A stretch of DNA of 63,806 nt, the filler included, from Licmophora abbreviata (lineage: Eukaryota), in the NCBI GenBank assembly GCA_900291995.1. It is 11 parts of 11 records of this genome, joined end to end, with 100 filler letters (N's around TTAATTAATTAA, not from the genome) between each part and the next. Parts side by side here need not be neighbours in the genome. Positions count along the whole stretch, not along the records: positions 6,199 to 13,474 come from OLMU01004176.1; positions 13,575 to 21,168 come from OLMU01004177.1; positions 21,269 to 28,686 come from OLMU01004178.1; 8 more parts are not named here. One strand, 5' to 3'. Below are positions 12,923-23,048 of this stretch, in pieces. Position numbers and translations under genes: made by a program. Every line of letters begins with the position of its first letter. Position 1 is the stretch's first letter. Below the pieces are notes generated by a model. The model was not told the origin of the DNA. It saw only the letters and a list, made by a program, of their open reading frames with translations, and made no database searches.

Positions 12923-14421
12923 CTAATTGAACCATGAGTCGGCACGCGCGCCAAATGTTTCTCCAAACAAGTCCGACGGCGTCGGCAATGCTCCCGGAGT
13001 CTCGGGTTTCTTGAAAGACTCAAACACCATCGGGTGGTAGTAGTCTTCGCGAGTTTCAATGGACGACGAAAACTGGCCTCTGTTGATCACAATGCCTCCG
13101 AGGATAACGATCTCGTCGATGTTGTCCCAAGCGCTTGCGTCCTTCCAGTGCGCCTTGAGTTCTGCGAGGAGAAGCTCTTCCACCAAATCAAACATCTGGA
13201 TTGTAGTGTAGGCGGGGGCTGCTGCCTTGGAGAGGCTCTGGGCGGTCGGTGAGGTCAGACGAGAACGGAGCTTACGGATGATGTACTCTTCTTGGTTGTC
13301 CATTACGCTTTGCTTTGGGGCGGGTTGAGCTTGAGCAGCGTCCGCAATCAGAGCAGAGCTGGCGAAGTCGACGCCGTTAGGGACTTCGGCGGCATTGGCA
13401 ATCTTGGGAACAAGCATAGGCGCAGTGAACAGGGCACCGCCAGTAGCGCCTCGGACCGCGCCTGGAGCCATAGGNNNNNNNNNNNNNNNNNNNNNNNNNN
13501 NNNNNNNNNNNNNNNNNNTTAATTAATTAANNNNNNNNNNNNNNNNNNNNNNNNNNNNNNNNNNNNNNNNNNNNCTGGTGGACTTGCCTTTGCAGGTGCA
13601 ACAGCGGGAGCGGCGACTGCCGCCTCAGCCTTTTGGTCGATTTCACCCTGAATGGCCTTTAGAGCTCCCAGAGCGGCACCGCAAGAGCCACTGACACCTT
13701 GTCTTCCCAGACGCTCCACCTTGCCCACAACACCGTCGTCGGAGATGCCGACGTGGGGACCATACATTATGACGACCTTACCCTTGTCAGGGGTGTGGCT
13801 TAAAAAGGCCTTCATTCCACTGACTCCGACAAACGGAATACCGCCGAGTCCACCGAGTGTGAACTGACCGTTCTGGTCTGTTAGGGCCGTCTGGAGGGCT
13901 GTTGCCAGACTCTTGCTTGGCTTGCTGTTGATCTCATCCGGACAAACAGAGGATCCAAAAATGGTGTTCGCCTTAGTGAATTGCTTCGAGCTGAGCCTAG
14001 CTGAAACCTTCTCGATCATTTGAGAAGACGCCAAGGAAAGCGGAAAGTACTGGTTCAAGGCAGTCTCAAAAGTCTTTACGGCTGTAGCGGCGTTGGCGGG
14101 AAGAGCGGGCGACAAGGAGGCCAGTACTCCTCCAGCGGCAAGCGCCTTCATGGGACCCTCCACCCGAGCTTCACGAGGCGAAAGCATGATATCGTTCAGA
14201 CAGCACGGACATCCACCCCCGTGAAGGAACTGTCTGAAAGTTTCCTCGTCCCCATCAGTTTCCGCGGGAGGGCCATACTGGCGAGCCACAGAGAGCGCGG
14301 TCCTTGATGAAGGACCGGCGCTCGCCTTTGGCGACGCCAGAAACGCTACACTGTGAGCGCTGAAGCCCTCCGTCGACGAAACGGAGAGGACACAAAGGAC
14401 GGCAGCACTGGAAAACTTCAT
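12923..14421 (-). CDS. Theta-type carbonic anhydrase (LCIB/LCIC family), probably thylakoid-lumen targeted; interrupted by a spacer
   Basis: Signal peptide + TEG-F, lumen-type ..ALPANA; family motifs SSVCPDEIN, LGGLGGIPFVGVSGMKAFLSHTP, YGPHVGIS, SGSCGAALGA; after the gap DNQEEYI, ILGGIVIN, DYYHPMVF. Confidence 0.9.
13475..13574. other. Artificial scaffold spacer
   Basis: N-linker-N. Confidence 0.99.
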
Positions 14422-15305
14422 CGTGGGGCCTCTTTCTGTGTGTACTTCAAGTGCTATGGCGTTCAGATTCTCATGAACATCACTGATTTGTCGTTGCTTC
14501 GGCTGCCAAAACTGCACTATCCCACGCTCAAGATCTGTTAAATAAAGGACGAGTGTTGTTATTAAACGCATTACAAACGTTGGGGTGTAGTAGAGACTTC
14601 AATACGTACGCGTTCATCCGGGTGCTGGGCATCGTTTCACCTACGTCACAGACGTCGGATGGACTTGACTTCAAGCTGCCCCTGCCAACCGAAACCTCGT
14701 GCATATATGGGGTAGTAATAGCGGTAGACCTACCGGTACATGATATCTTCCTAGCTCTAGTGAGCTTCCTTCCACGCCGTCGGTGACGGCGTAACGTCCA
14801 GCATCATCCAGTGCTCGTTCTCATACCGGTAGGAGTGCGACCAGGTACCTCCTCAGGAGTAGTACGACTTTGTAGTAGTAGTAGCTACACATAGCTCAAG
14901 AGATCGATGTCGTTCTTGGCTGCTTCGTCGCCTTCTCCGAAAAAGAACTCCAACGGGATACTGTGGCACTCGAACTCTGCGGAATCATACCCGTAGGGTG
15001 ATATAGAAGCAAGATGCGTCTCGGCTAGACGACGCCCATTCTGTTTCCTGTTTCCAGATGCCTTGGCACAACCGAATGAATGAATTCTGGGTGACTGTTC
15101 GTCCTCCGCTCCTGTATGTCTGTTTTCCACGCCGTCCGTCCGCATGTCGACACGGTTCCGCACGGCGACGCGAGCAACCTTGATCGCACCTTGGAACTTG
15201 GAGCCATCACCAAACACGTCGACCTGCTCTCGACCCCTTCCTTGTGTCTTTCGTATCACCCATGGAGTACCGCTTTCATCGTGAGATATCAAGGCGCGGT
15301 AAACC

Positions 15306-16328
15306 ATGAGTCAGTCCACGGGGGCTTCCAAAAAGCAGTTTCATCGGGGCGACGGGAGTTCGAAACACGTGCGGCATCGACGTCCTCGACGAGGTGGGCC
15401 CGGTATGCTATTGACTTGTGAAACAGGAAGAGAGCAAAAGTGCAGAAGAGAAGGGCTCGATATTCTCAAGCACTATCTTGATTTTGGCAAGGCCAGCAGA
15501 GAAAGCGACTCCGGAACTACGTCGAAACTGAGTTTGGATGACGAACTGGCGCAGCTACGAGCGAAGGGCGCTCAGCAGAATGAACCTTCAAGGGAGCGCC
15601 CCTTTGACACGTACAACACTTCCTGCCGCGGAGTGGTCTTTTTCATGTGTATGCTACCCAACTGTGCCCTTATACCGCCAATATGCGTACCCAAGGCTGA
15701 TGAGGATGGGGATGATGATGTCACATCAGGACAGAAGCGAAAGCCCGAGGACAAAGGTGCTGCAATGGAGTCAAGCAAGAGACTGCAAACGGAAAAGGGT
15801 GAAGGACACGACATAACTGCTGACGATCCTGCTAGTGCCAGACACCAAGACTCAGGTGATCAGAATCCTCCAGCGACTCCTCCATGGGATCCACTCCAGA
15901 CCGTAAAATTTGTTCTGGACGACCTGAAGCAAGGTTTGAGAACCGCGCCAAGTTCTCGTTTCGTCACACGCATGATTCCTGTCCAGGCAACCTGCTTTGC
16001 GTCTGTTGAGGAAATCCGGCTCACTGCTAGAGCAGTCATAGACAAATATCTCGCACCATTCAAAGCATCTTCCTTTGCCGTTACCCTGAAGCGACGCAAC
16101 TGTTCGAACGTGACTCGAGACGATGTGATCCTCACAGTTGTGGACGAAGTACGTAGCCTGTCAGAGGGGTCCAAGTGGACAGTAGATCTCAAGCATCCTG
16201 CCTATACAATTCATGTTGAAGTTGTCCAAACCTTATGCGGGATCTCTGTTCTTCAAGATGCAAGTTCCTATAGTAACTTCAATCTGGCTGCGATACGCGA
16301 GGAACAGATCAAGCGAAATAATTCCTGA
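15306..16328 (+). CDS. THUMP-domain protein (THUMPD1/Tan1-like tRNA acetylation adaptor)
   Basis: GMLLTCETGREQKC, LSLDDELAQL, SRFVTRMIPVQATC, SFAVTLKRRN, VDLKHPAYTIHVEVVQTLCGISVL..YSNFNL. Confidence 0.9.
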   Translation: MSQSTGASKKQFHRGDGSSKHVRHRRPRRGGPGMLLTCETGREQKCRREGLDILKHYLDFGKASRESDSGTTSKLSLDDELAQLRAKGAQQNEPSRERPFDTYNTSCRGVVFFMCMLPNCALIPPICVPKADEDGDDDVTSGQKRKPEDKGAAMESSKRLQTEKGEGHDITADDPASARHQDSGDQNPPATPPWDPLQTVKFVLDDLKQGLRTAPSSRFVTRMIPVQATCFASVEEIRLTARAVIDKYLAPFKASSFAVTLKRRNCSNVTRDDVILTVVDEVRSLSEGSKWTVDLKHPAYTIHVEVVQTLCGISVLQDASSYSNFNLAAIREEQIKRNNS

Positions 16329-16494
16329 TCCAAAACTTATACTCTACGTCTCTTACTCTAAGAATTAGAAAGGAGCTAATGACATCCTTTCTTTAGTCCA
16401 ATACAGGCGACGAGTCGCTCTATTTAAAATCAGCTCGTTGCATACTTTGGGTCCTGTTCCAAGCTTTGTTGAGGTCCGGCGCGCCACTTGCCAT

Positions 16495-16683
16495 CTATTC
16501 AAAATTCCTCATACGAACATTCTCGTCGTCATCCCTAGCAAGGTAAGGAGAGAAAGGAGACGCTGGAAGCGCAAAAGGTTGGCTGCGAGTACCTTCGGAA
16601 AGGTTGACTGATCTATGCAGCCACCAGAGTCCTCCCGCGAGTCCGGCTGTGGCCACTGCTAACGGCCCAGCACTTGGCTTCAT
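16495..16683 (-). CDS. Possible small membrane-anchored hypothetical protein
   Basis: MKPSAGPLAVATAGLAGGLWWLHR... short ORF with a hydrophobic N-terminus; the 3' structure is unclear. Confidence 0.3.
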   Translation of the reverse strand: MKPSAGPLAVATAGLAGGLWWLHRSVNLSEGTRSQPFALPASPFSPYLARDDDENVRMRNFE

Positions 16684-17057
16684 ACGAGATGCGTAGTGCA
16701 GGTGTCGAAGGATAAGACTATGCATCACGAGCTGTTGTTTCTACGCGTCTCCAGGGTACTTTTCTCTTCTGGCAAGTCTGTAGATGATATGGAAAATTGT
16801 TTATGAGTAGAAGTACTTTGTCGGAGTAAATCGCGTTCCATCAATCATCCTTCTTTTCTTGTGAGTTTGTGAACGCGTTGGAGCATGGATGCGAACCCTG
16901 TTTCGTCGCCGCGTTACGCGCTCGCGCGATGACGGTTGTCGTCTGTATGTCGCTCCTTATCGGACCAGAGCGCGGGGCGCGCGTACACGAAGTCAGTCAT
17001 CTTTCCGCAAGTTCTCCCATTTCTTTGCTGCTGTTTGTGGTAGATTTGTGGTCGACG

Positions 17058-18251
17058 ATGCTCGCCCGAACGGCCGCTTCCGTGCTTCGGCGTCGCTGCG
17101 TTGAGACGTTGCGACTGCATCGGACGACTACACTGTGTCCCAAAGTTTCAACCACACGCTCGTATTCCTCGACAAGACTGGTCTGTGATGAAAAGAAAGA
17201 CGACAACACAGGCACTACTTTTACTGACGGCTCAATTGAGATCGTCAACTCGACTATGTCTCAACAGGAGGCTGCCAATATTCTGGAAGAAGAAATGAAA
17301 AAATTCGAGGATGAGGCCAAGGCCAAAGAATATGCCGACTGGAAGCCTGGAGAGCGCAAGCGCCCTTTGCAAGTGTCGTATCGGTTGGAAGATTTCGAGT
17401 ACGAGTTGAATGAAAATGCGGAACGAAGGTGGACTCTCCGTGACAAGCGTTGCGGGGCGTTGGCGATCAAGGTTGGCATGATGCCTTTGTGGGACGATTG
17501 GGGAGAACGTCACCCCTGCACTGTCCTGTACTTGGACACCAACGTCGTCATGGGACATAAAACGATGGACAAGCATGGGTACTGGGCAGTCCAGGTGGCA
17601 GCTGGCGAGCGAAAGAAGAAGAATGTGGGCAAGACTGTCCTTGGTCAGTATCAAGGAGTCGACGGTCTGCTCGAGCAGCCTCCGTATCTGATACGTGAAT
17701 TTCGAGTGACAGAAGAACGTTGTCTGGCTCCGATTGGATCTCCGATTCATGCACGGCACTTTGTGCCTGGCCAGAATGTGGATGTCGCGGGAATCACCAA
17801 AGGCAAGGGTTTTCAGGGAGCCATGAAGCGTCATGGATTCAAGGGAAACGCTGCAACACACGGTACCAGCAAGTCCCATCGCGCCTTGGGATCAACGGGT
17901 CAATGTCAAGATCCAGGAAAGGTTTTCAAAGGCAAGAAAATGGCGGGGCGGATGGGTACTGATCGCGTGACTGTGCAGAACGTACGTGTCGTCAAGGTAG
18001 ACCGAGGCCGGAATTTGTTGTATGTCAAGGGTGCAATTCCAGGAAATAGGGGTGGATTTGTGGAAATTCGTGACGCCGTCAAGAACCCCTTGTTTGGAAC
18101 CGACAAGATTGAGGATGCACTCTCTACTCCTCCGCTACCTTCGTTCGAGTACAAAGATGGTGTGGATGGATGTGGCGAAACCGGGCACGAAGTATTCATG
18201 CCGCTCCCACAGCGCGATCCTTTGTCGCCTGATGATGATGTAGCTGCGTAG
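17058..18251 (+). CDS. MRPL3: Mitochondrial ribosomal protein uL3m
   Basis: Arg-rich presequence MLARTAASVLRRRC; GALAIKVGMM, HFVPGQNVDVAGITKGKGFQGAMKRHGF, HGTSKSHRALGSTG, PGKVFKGKKMAGRMG, LLYVKGAIPG. Confidence 0.96.
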   Translation: MLARTAASVLRRRCVETLRLHRTTTLCPKVSTTRSYSSTRLVCDEKKDDNTGTTFTDGSIEIVNSTMSQQEAANILEEEMKKFEDEAKAKEYADWKPGERKRPLQVSYRLEDFEYELNENAERRWTLRDKRCGALAIKVGMMPLWDDWGERHPCTVLYLDTNVVMGHKTMDKHGYWAVQVAAGERKKKNVGKTVLGQYQGVDGLLEQPPYLIREFRVTEERCLAPIGSPIHARHFVPGQNVDVAGITKGKGFQGAMKRHGFKGNAATHGTSKSHRALGSTGQCQDPGKVFKGKKMAGRMGTDRVTVQNVRVVKVDRGRNLLYVKGAIPGNRGGFVEIRDAVKNPLFGTDKIEDALSTPPLPSFEYKDGVDGCGETGHEVFMPLPQRDPLSPDDDVAA

Positions 18252-18351
18252 TAGAGAGGCTCAAGCGAGATTCTACTTTGAACGTGTTTTTAGGATATCT
18301 GGAGCTCTCGCTAGGGGTCCGTTCAACGGTTCTACTGTGTCTAGCAAGTCT

Positions 18352-19227
18352 CTATTGTCGTGTAGCCGCAGACAGCACTGACTTTGGGACTCGCCCTCGT
18401 CTCAGGATCCAGACGGTCGCAATTCCTGCGGCCAGTAAGGCGTTCAGCCCCTTTAGCTCGGCAGCTAGATCCGTCCATTCGTTGACACCTCCTTGACGAA
18501 ACGTATTCCCAATGATTCCGATAAAAGGGACATTGCTTGTTTTTGCATCGTACTCGGCACTCAGTGTTCCGCCCATCTTTCGTCGGTACCTGGAGTCAGT
18601 ATGGGACCCTCCAATCAAGGCTACAAGAGCAGGCATGGACCAGAAAAGACGCTGTGGGACCGATGGCAACAAGAGACCGTGGCCTAGACAGGCTAGACCC
18701 ATTGACCAAAGACCTGGGTGCCTCGAGATTCTCTCCACCCCATGTGGCGTGTCGTCCGGTTGCTTCGCCTTGGCGTCAGTAAAGTCGAAGGGGCACTGTA
18801 CTTTGAATCTACTCGACGAAGCCGTTACCTCTGACGGGGCGTCAGACTCTGTCCTTCCTTCTGCTTCCGCCCCTCCTACGTATCTTACTGGAATCTGCAG
18901 CTTGGGCAAGGTCTGGGAGGCTAACGTCAAACCCAGAGAAAGACATGTCCAGCCTGCCAGAAGAGACGACGATGGTATTGGATTGTTCGCAGGCCATAGC
19001 AAGGGAGTCGCGAGGCGTGGAATCTTGTAGAGATACGCGTATGCAATCGAGCCGACGGCTGCTGTTGAGAGAGTGCCGTAGGCGGAATGGTATCCTTCGT
19101 CTCCGAGTTTTTCAATGAGCCAGGTTCGGTTCTCACTCAAAATGACATTCTCCGCGATGAAAAACGACCAGCCGCCGATCGCCCATCGCACAGAAGACGA
19201 TGTTAGCAGCGCAGACACTTTCGACAT
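18352..19227 (-). CDS. NnrU-family membrane protein
   Basis: Multiple TM helices; YHSAYGTLS, GVERISRHPGLW, GGSHTDSRYRR, KTSNVPF match the NnrU/Z-ISO family pattern. Confidence 0.8.
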   Translation of the reverse strand: MSKVSALLTSSSVRWAIGGWSFFIAENVILSENRTWLIEKLGDEGYHSAYGTLSTAAVGSIAYAYLYKIPRLATPLLWPANNPIPSSSLLAGWTCLSLGLTLASQTLPKLQIPVRYVGGAEAEGRTESDAPSEVTASSSRFKVQCPFDFTDAKAKQPDDTPHGVERISRHPGLWSMGLACLGHGLLLPSVPQRLFWSMPALVALIGGSHTDSRYRRKMGGTLSAEYDAKTSNVPFIGIIGNTFRQGGVNEWTDLAAELKGLNALLAAGIATVWILRRGRVPKSVLSAATRQ

Positions 19228-19641
19228 GTCAAGATTTTCAGAGCGCAAGTGAATGAGGCGACGAACGATTAGACGATGTGGCCCATGATACAGCATCAGC
19301 CATTGATGGCGGTCTGTGTCTGTTGACTGTTGACGGTCAGCATCTCAGTTTACGGCCAGGACACGCCCCGGGGAGTGCGGAGTCCGGAATGTCGGAACTT
19401 CACGAGAAGAGAACTTGTCTCAATCTCAACTATCGCGCCTTTTTCTTAGATTGGTGAGCTCTCCTTCTTTACCTACGTCTGATCTCTTAGGTCCAGGTAG
19501 AAGCTATCATACTTTACAACAATATACGTCCTTGAGATGTCAACTCAATCGCCTCGATAATCTTGATAAGCAGCACCGATACGCGATTAGTAGAACAACT
19601 CTCTCTAGTAGAGAACAAGAATCATTCGGACAAGTCCGTAT

Positions 19642-21054
19642 CTACGGACAAGCTGTCTGGAAATTCTGCTGGATGTCCGGAAGCATGCCCACACGACGCC
19701 GTCCCGTTTCCTGCAGTACAACTACCTCGTTCCGCCGAACATTGACTAGCTGTGAGGCCCAAATCTCTACCACTGCCACTGATAGTAACGTGACAGGTAC
19801 AATCGTCGCTGCCACAGTATCTGAATTCCCTGGAAGCCAGTAGAGACATGCTACGACAATCCCCGCTGTGACTCGTAGCAAGAGTCGGTACAGCCGTTTC
19901 CAGCGAGGCTTTTTAAGAGCAAGTGTGGGGTCGGCGGCCGTCAGTTCGATCAGACCCATGATGCAGAGGAATCCGCCTGCAGAGCAATGAAGAGCTGCCA
20001 AGCCATCACTATCTCGCTCCTCATCCTCGTCTGATTCTGAATGGAGAATAAGCCTCGTGTATCCCACACTCATGAGAGGCACAGTTGCAATCAAGAACAA
20101 GTGAAGTTGTTGACAGAGTACATTTGAGGAGGCTGACCGAGTCCAGGGCTCTTCACGCTCTGGGACACGCGCGTGAAAATATAACAAAAAACAGCCAAAG
20201 ACGGTAAGGAGCGAGCACAGGGACAGGTAGTAAGCGCCCGACTCGGATGCAGCGGCGAAACATAGCTCGCCCAAGAAAATCAATACAATCAGCTCGTGCC
20301 GTTCCTTTAGATGCTCGACATCCAGTAGTTTTGAGGAGCCTAGGGCTTCCTTTTCTTCCACATCGTGTTGGTGAGCAGCGTAGATCTGCAAGGTACACCC
20401 CACAGCAGTCGAGACAATGCCACCCAGGAGTACCAAGGTATCACTGTGCAAGGCATAAAGAGTCACCAGAAGCGGAATGCTCTCCACAAACGCCTTCAAA
20501 GGGACGAGAAAGGTGCTTAGATACTTCAAGTTGTCGTGCCATTGATGGTCGATCCAGACAGGTCTAGTCGAGTACCCTGTTGCCACAATGGCAGCCACTT
20601 GAACAAATCGTCCAGCCCAAAAGGCAATGAGCATGTAGAGAGGATCATCTGCCTTGGTCAAGAGCACGATCGATCCCATGATGGAAAAGATGACGACATG
20701 ATGCCAAGCTTGTAGCACGTTAGCAGTGTAAATATTGGCCAAATTTGTCATGACAATGCAGTTGTGCCAAAGACACCAGAGAAGCAAAACCTTGAAGAAA
20801 TACATTGGGAGTCCAAGTTCTCTTTCACAAAGCTTATCGGATAGATTGTGAAGTGCCACGACGACAACCAGGTCAGAAAAGAGTTCCACAACGGAAACTT
20901 CGCCCTCTTCATGAGTCGAGTCGAAGACTGCCAACGATGCTCGGCGCGATATGCTCGAACGCTGAGTGTGATGATGATTTGCAACCAAGAGGGGGTCGCG
21001 CTCTAAGGAGGCTATGCTGCGGCGGTGACCGATGATGCTGTGGCGTGCAAGCAT
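19642..21054 (-). CDS. LtrA-like (low temperature requirement A) multi-pass membrane protein
   Basis: VSVVELFSDLVVVVAL and DVEHLKERHELIVLIFLGE motifs; about 10 hydrophobic segments. Confidence 0.82.
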   Translation of the reverse strand: MLARHSIIGHRRSIASLERDPLLVANHHHTQRSSISRRASLAVFDSTHEEGEVSVVELFSDLVVVVALHNLSDKLCERELGLPMYFFKVLLLWCLWHNCIVMTNLANIYTANVLQAWHHVVIFSIMGSIVLLTKADDPLYMLIAFWAGRFVQVAAIVATGYSTRPVWIDHQWHDNLKYLSTFLVPLKAFVESIPLLVTLYALHSDTLVLLGGIVSTAVGCTLQIYAAHQHDVEEKEALGSSKLLDVEHLKERHELIVLIFLGELCFAAASESGAYYLSLCSLLTVFGCFLLYFHARVPEREEPWTRSASSNVLCQQLHLFLIATVPLMSVGYTRLILHSESDEDEERDSDGLAALHCSAGGFLCIMGLIELTAADPTLALKKPRWKRLYRLLLRVTAGIVVACLYWLPGNSDTVAATIVPVTLLSVAVVEIWASQLVNVRRNEVVVLQETGRRRVGMLPDIQQNFQTACP

Positions 21055-21168
21055 GGTTCTATGATTGCATGGTGATGGTCTCGTCGTTGTTGCTGTTCGT
21101 CGGACATCAGTTCGCCATTGTGTGCATGCACATTTTCTTTAGAATTTGGAATTTTTCTTTTTCACACA

Positions 21169-21268
21169 NNNNNNNNNNNNNNNNNNNNNNNNNNNNNNNN
21201 NNNNNNNNNNNNTTAATTAATTAANNNNNNNNNNNNNNNNNNNNNNNNNNNNNNNNNNNNNNNNNNNN
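21169..21268. other. Artificial scaffold spacer within a (CA)n tract
   Basis: N-linker-N with cacaca on both flanks. Confidence 0.99.
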
Positions 21269-21721
21269 CACACACACACGTGATCACAAAAATGAGTCGA
21301 GTCGAATGAGTCAGTTGTTCACTCCTCAACGTTTGATTCGTACTGAATTTTTGGTATGTAGAAATATGTACGTTTTCAGTACCAATTTGGAAAGACTGCA
21401 CGCGCGCACGAGAACGGACACCGCGACGACACTCCAAAACGGACGAGAGAGTGCCGCCGGCATGGCGCATTCATTTTGGAGTGCGCTCGTGACTCTTGTC
21501 TTTCGCTTCTTTTCCCTTTGTGAAGCTCTTGTTTGCTCTATCCTCTTCCGAACTTCCCTTAGGCTGAACTGTCTGGTGAACTTTGAACTGGAAGTGTTCT
21601 CTTGTTCTCGAAAATCGGTCCGAATTGGCAGAGATTCTCGTACCACGTTCTGTTCCGGCGCGGACACGGGTCATCCTCCTCGTACACCGCGGTATCATAG
21701 CGATTTTTTTTCGTTCTCACA

Positions 21722-22887
21722 ATGACGAAGGTTGATTCGAAAAACAAGAAATTAACTACTCCTCCCCGAAGGAAGCAGAGTGATGTTGAAACACAGGATG
21801 ACAGTATCATATATCCCGCCGATGACAGCTTCGTACACGACGACCATCATCGTCATGTCCATGAAACAAACAAGAAGTCGTCCACGCGGTCGGCACTTAC
21901 GGGAAAGCACCTTGTGGGAGCCGTCATGCTTATCCTGGCCGGCTTCATTTGCTGGGATCTCTTCGTCACCCCTCCTGAACAACGATGGATCCGGAAGGAT
22001 TCCAGCGATAAATTCCTACGGTGGGTCGAGTCGCACCCCTACTGGGGAATCGGTGCCTTTCTTCTTGTCATTGCTTCTGCTGTGGTCTTTCTCATTCCAA
22101 TAGGCACTCCCATGACTGTCGGGTGTGGCTATATCTACAAGGGTGTCTACGGATGGAAGGCAGGCATAGCAGTTGCCACCACAGTGACAATGCTGGGTTC
22201 CGGCATTGGTGCAACGGCCTGTTTTCTCTTGGGACGATACCTCATGAGAGAACGCGTGCGCAAGTGGATTCGGAAGTATCCACTCTTTGACGCCATTGAT
22301 ACAGGTAAGTCAAAGCAGAAACGCAGTGTGTCACGCGAACGAACGAACTTACACATTTTCTTGTCGTTTCTGCTACTCGTACTTTTGCCGCAGCTGCTGC
22401 CGAACATGGACTCCGCATCATGGCCATGCTCTATCTTACTCCCATTCTGCCTCTAGGGCCCGTCAGCTACATGTGCGGGACCACATCCATGGCTCTGACA
22501 TCCTTTGTCGCTGCCAAAGTCGCTTCGCTCCCACTCATGCTCCTCTATGTATTCGTGGGAGCATCGACTGGAGATCTTCTTGCACATGGCGCGGATGGTG
22601 GAGAGGATGAAGCGGAAAAGCTCGAAAAGAACAACACAGTCATTCTCTTGGCCATTGTACTCAGTACCATCATGATTGGTTTGGTATCTCGTTCGGTCCG
22701 GAAAGAGTTGGATAAGATTCTCGAACGTCAAAAGCAGGACAAGCCAGATCGTAATAGTAGTCTGGAAACACCGGAGTCGAGAAAAACCACGGACGAGTCA
22801 GTCGAGATGGGCATGAGTTTTGCGAGGCAACGACGTCTGACTGCTACTACAGATACAGAGGTTCTCATGGAGAATGGAGCAAGATGA
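21722..22887 (+). CDS. TVP38/TMEM64-like (SNARE-associated, VTT/DedA domain) membrane protein; intron 22305-22393
   Basis: IPIGTPMTVGCGYIY, GATACFLLGRYLMRERV, LYLTPILPLGPVSYMCGTT. Confidence 0.9.
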
Positions 22888-23048
22888 ATAGAAAAAGTTG
22901 TGATTGTTTCAAGTTCTATTTGTAAGCGACCGCACAACTAAAATCACGGTCGGCTGTTGTTTGAGAAAGCAGTCCGAGGACTCTACTCTGACTGGTTCGA
23001 GAGCACTAGTATTGCTCCCTCCCAAGCATATACGAGTATACGTTCCAC

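Noticed and set aside
14885..15307. 140-aa minus-strand ORF head-to-head with the THUMP gene
   Set aside because: It overlaps the THUMP start and promoter region and has no recognisable motif; I cannot support it as a gene.
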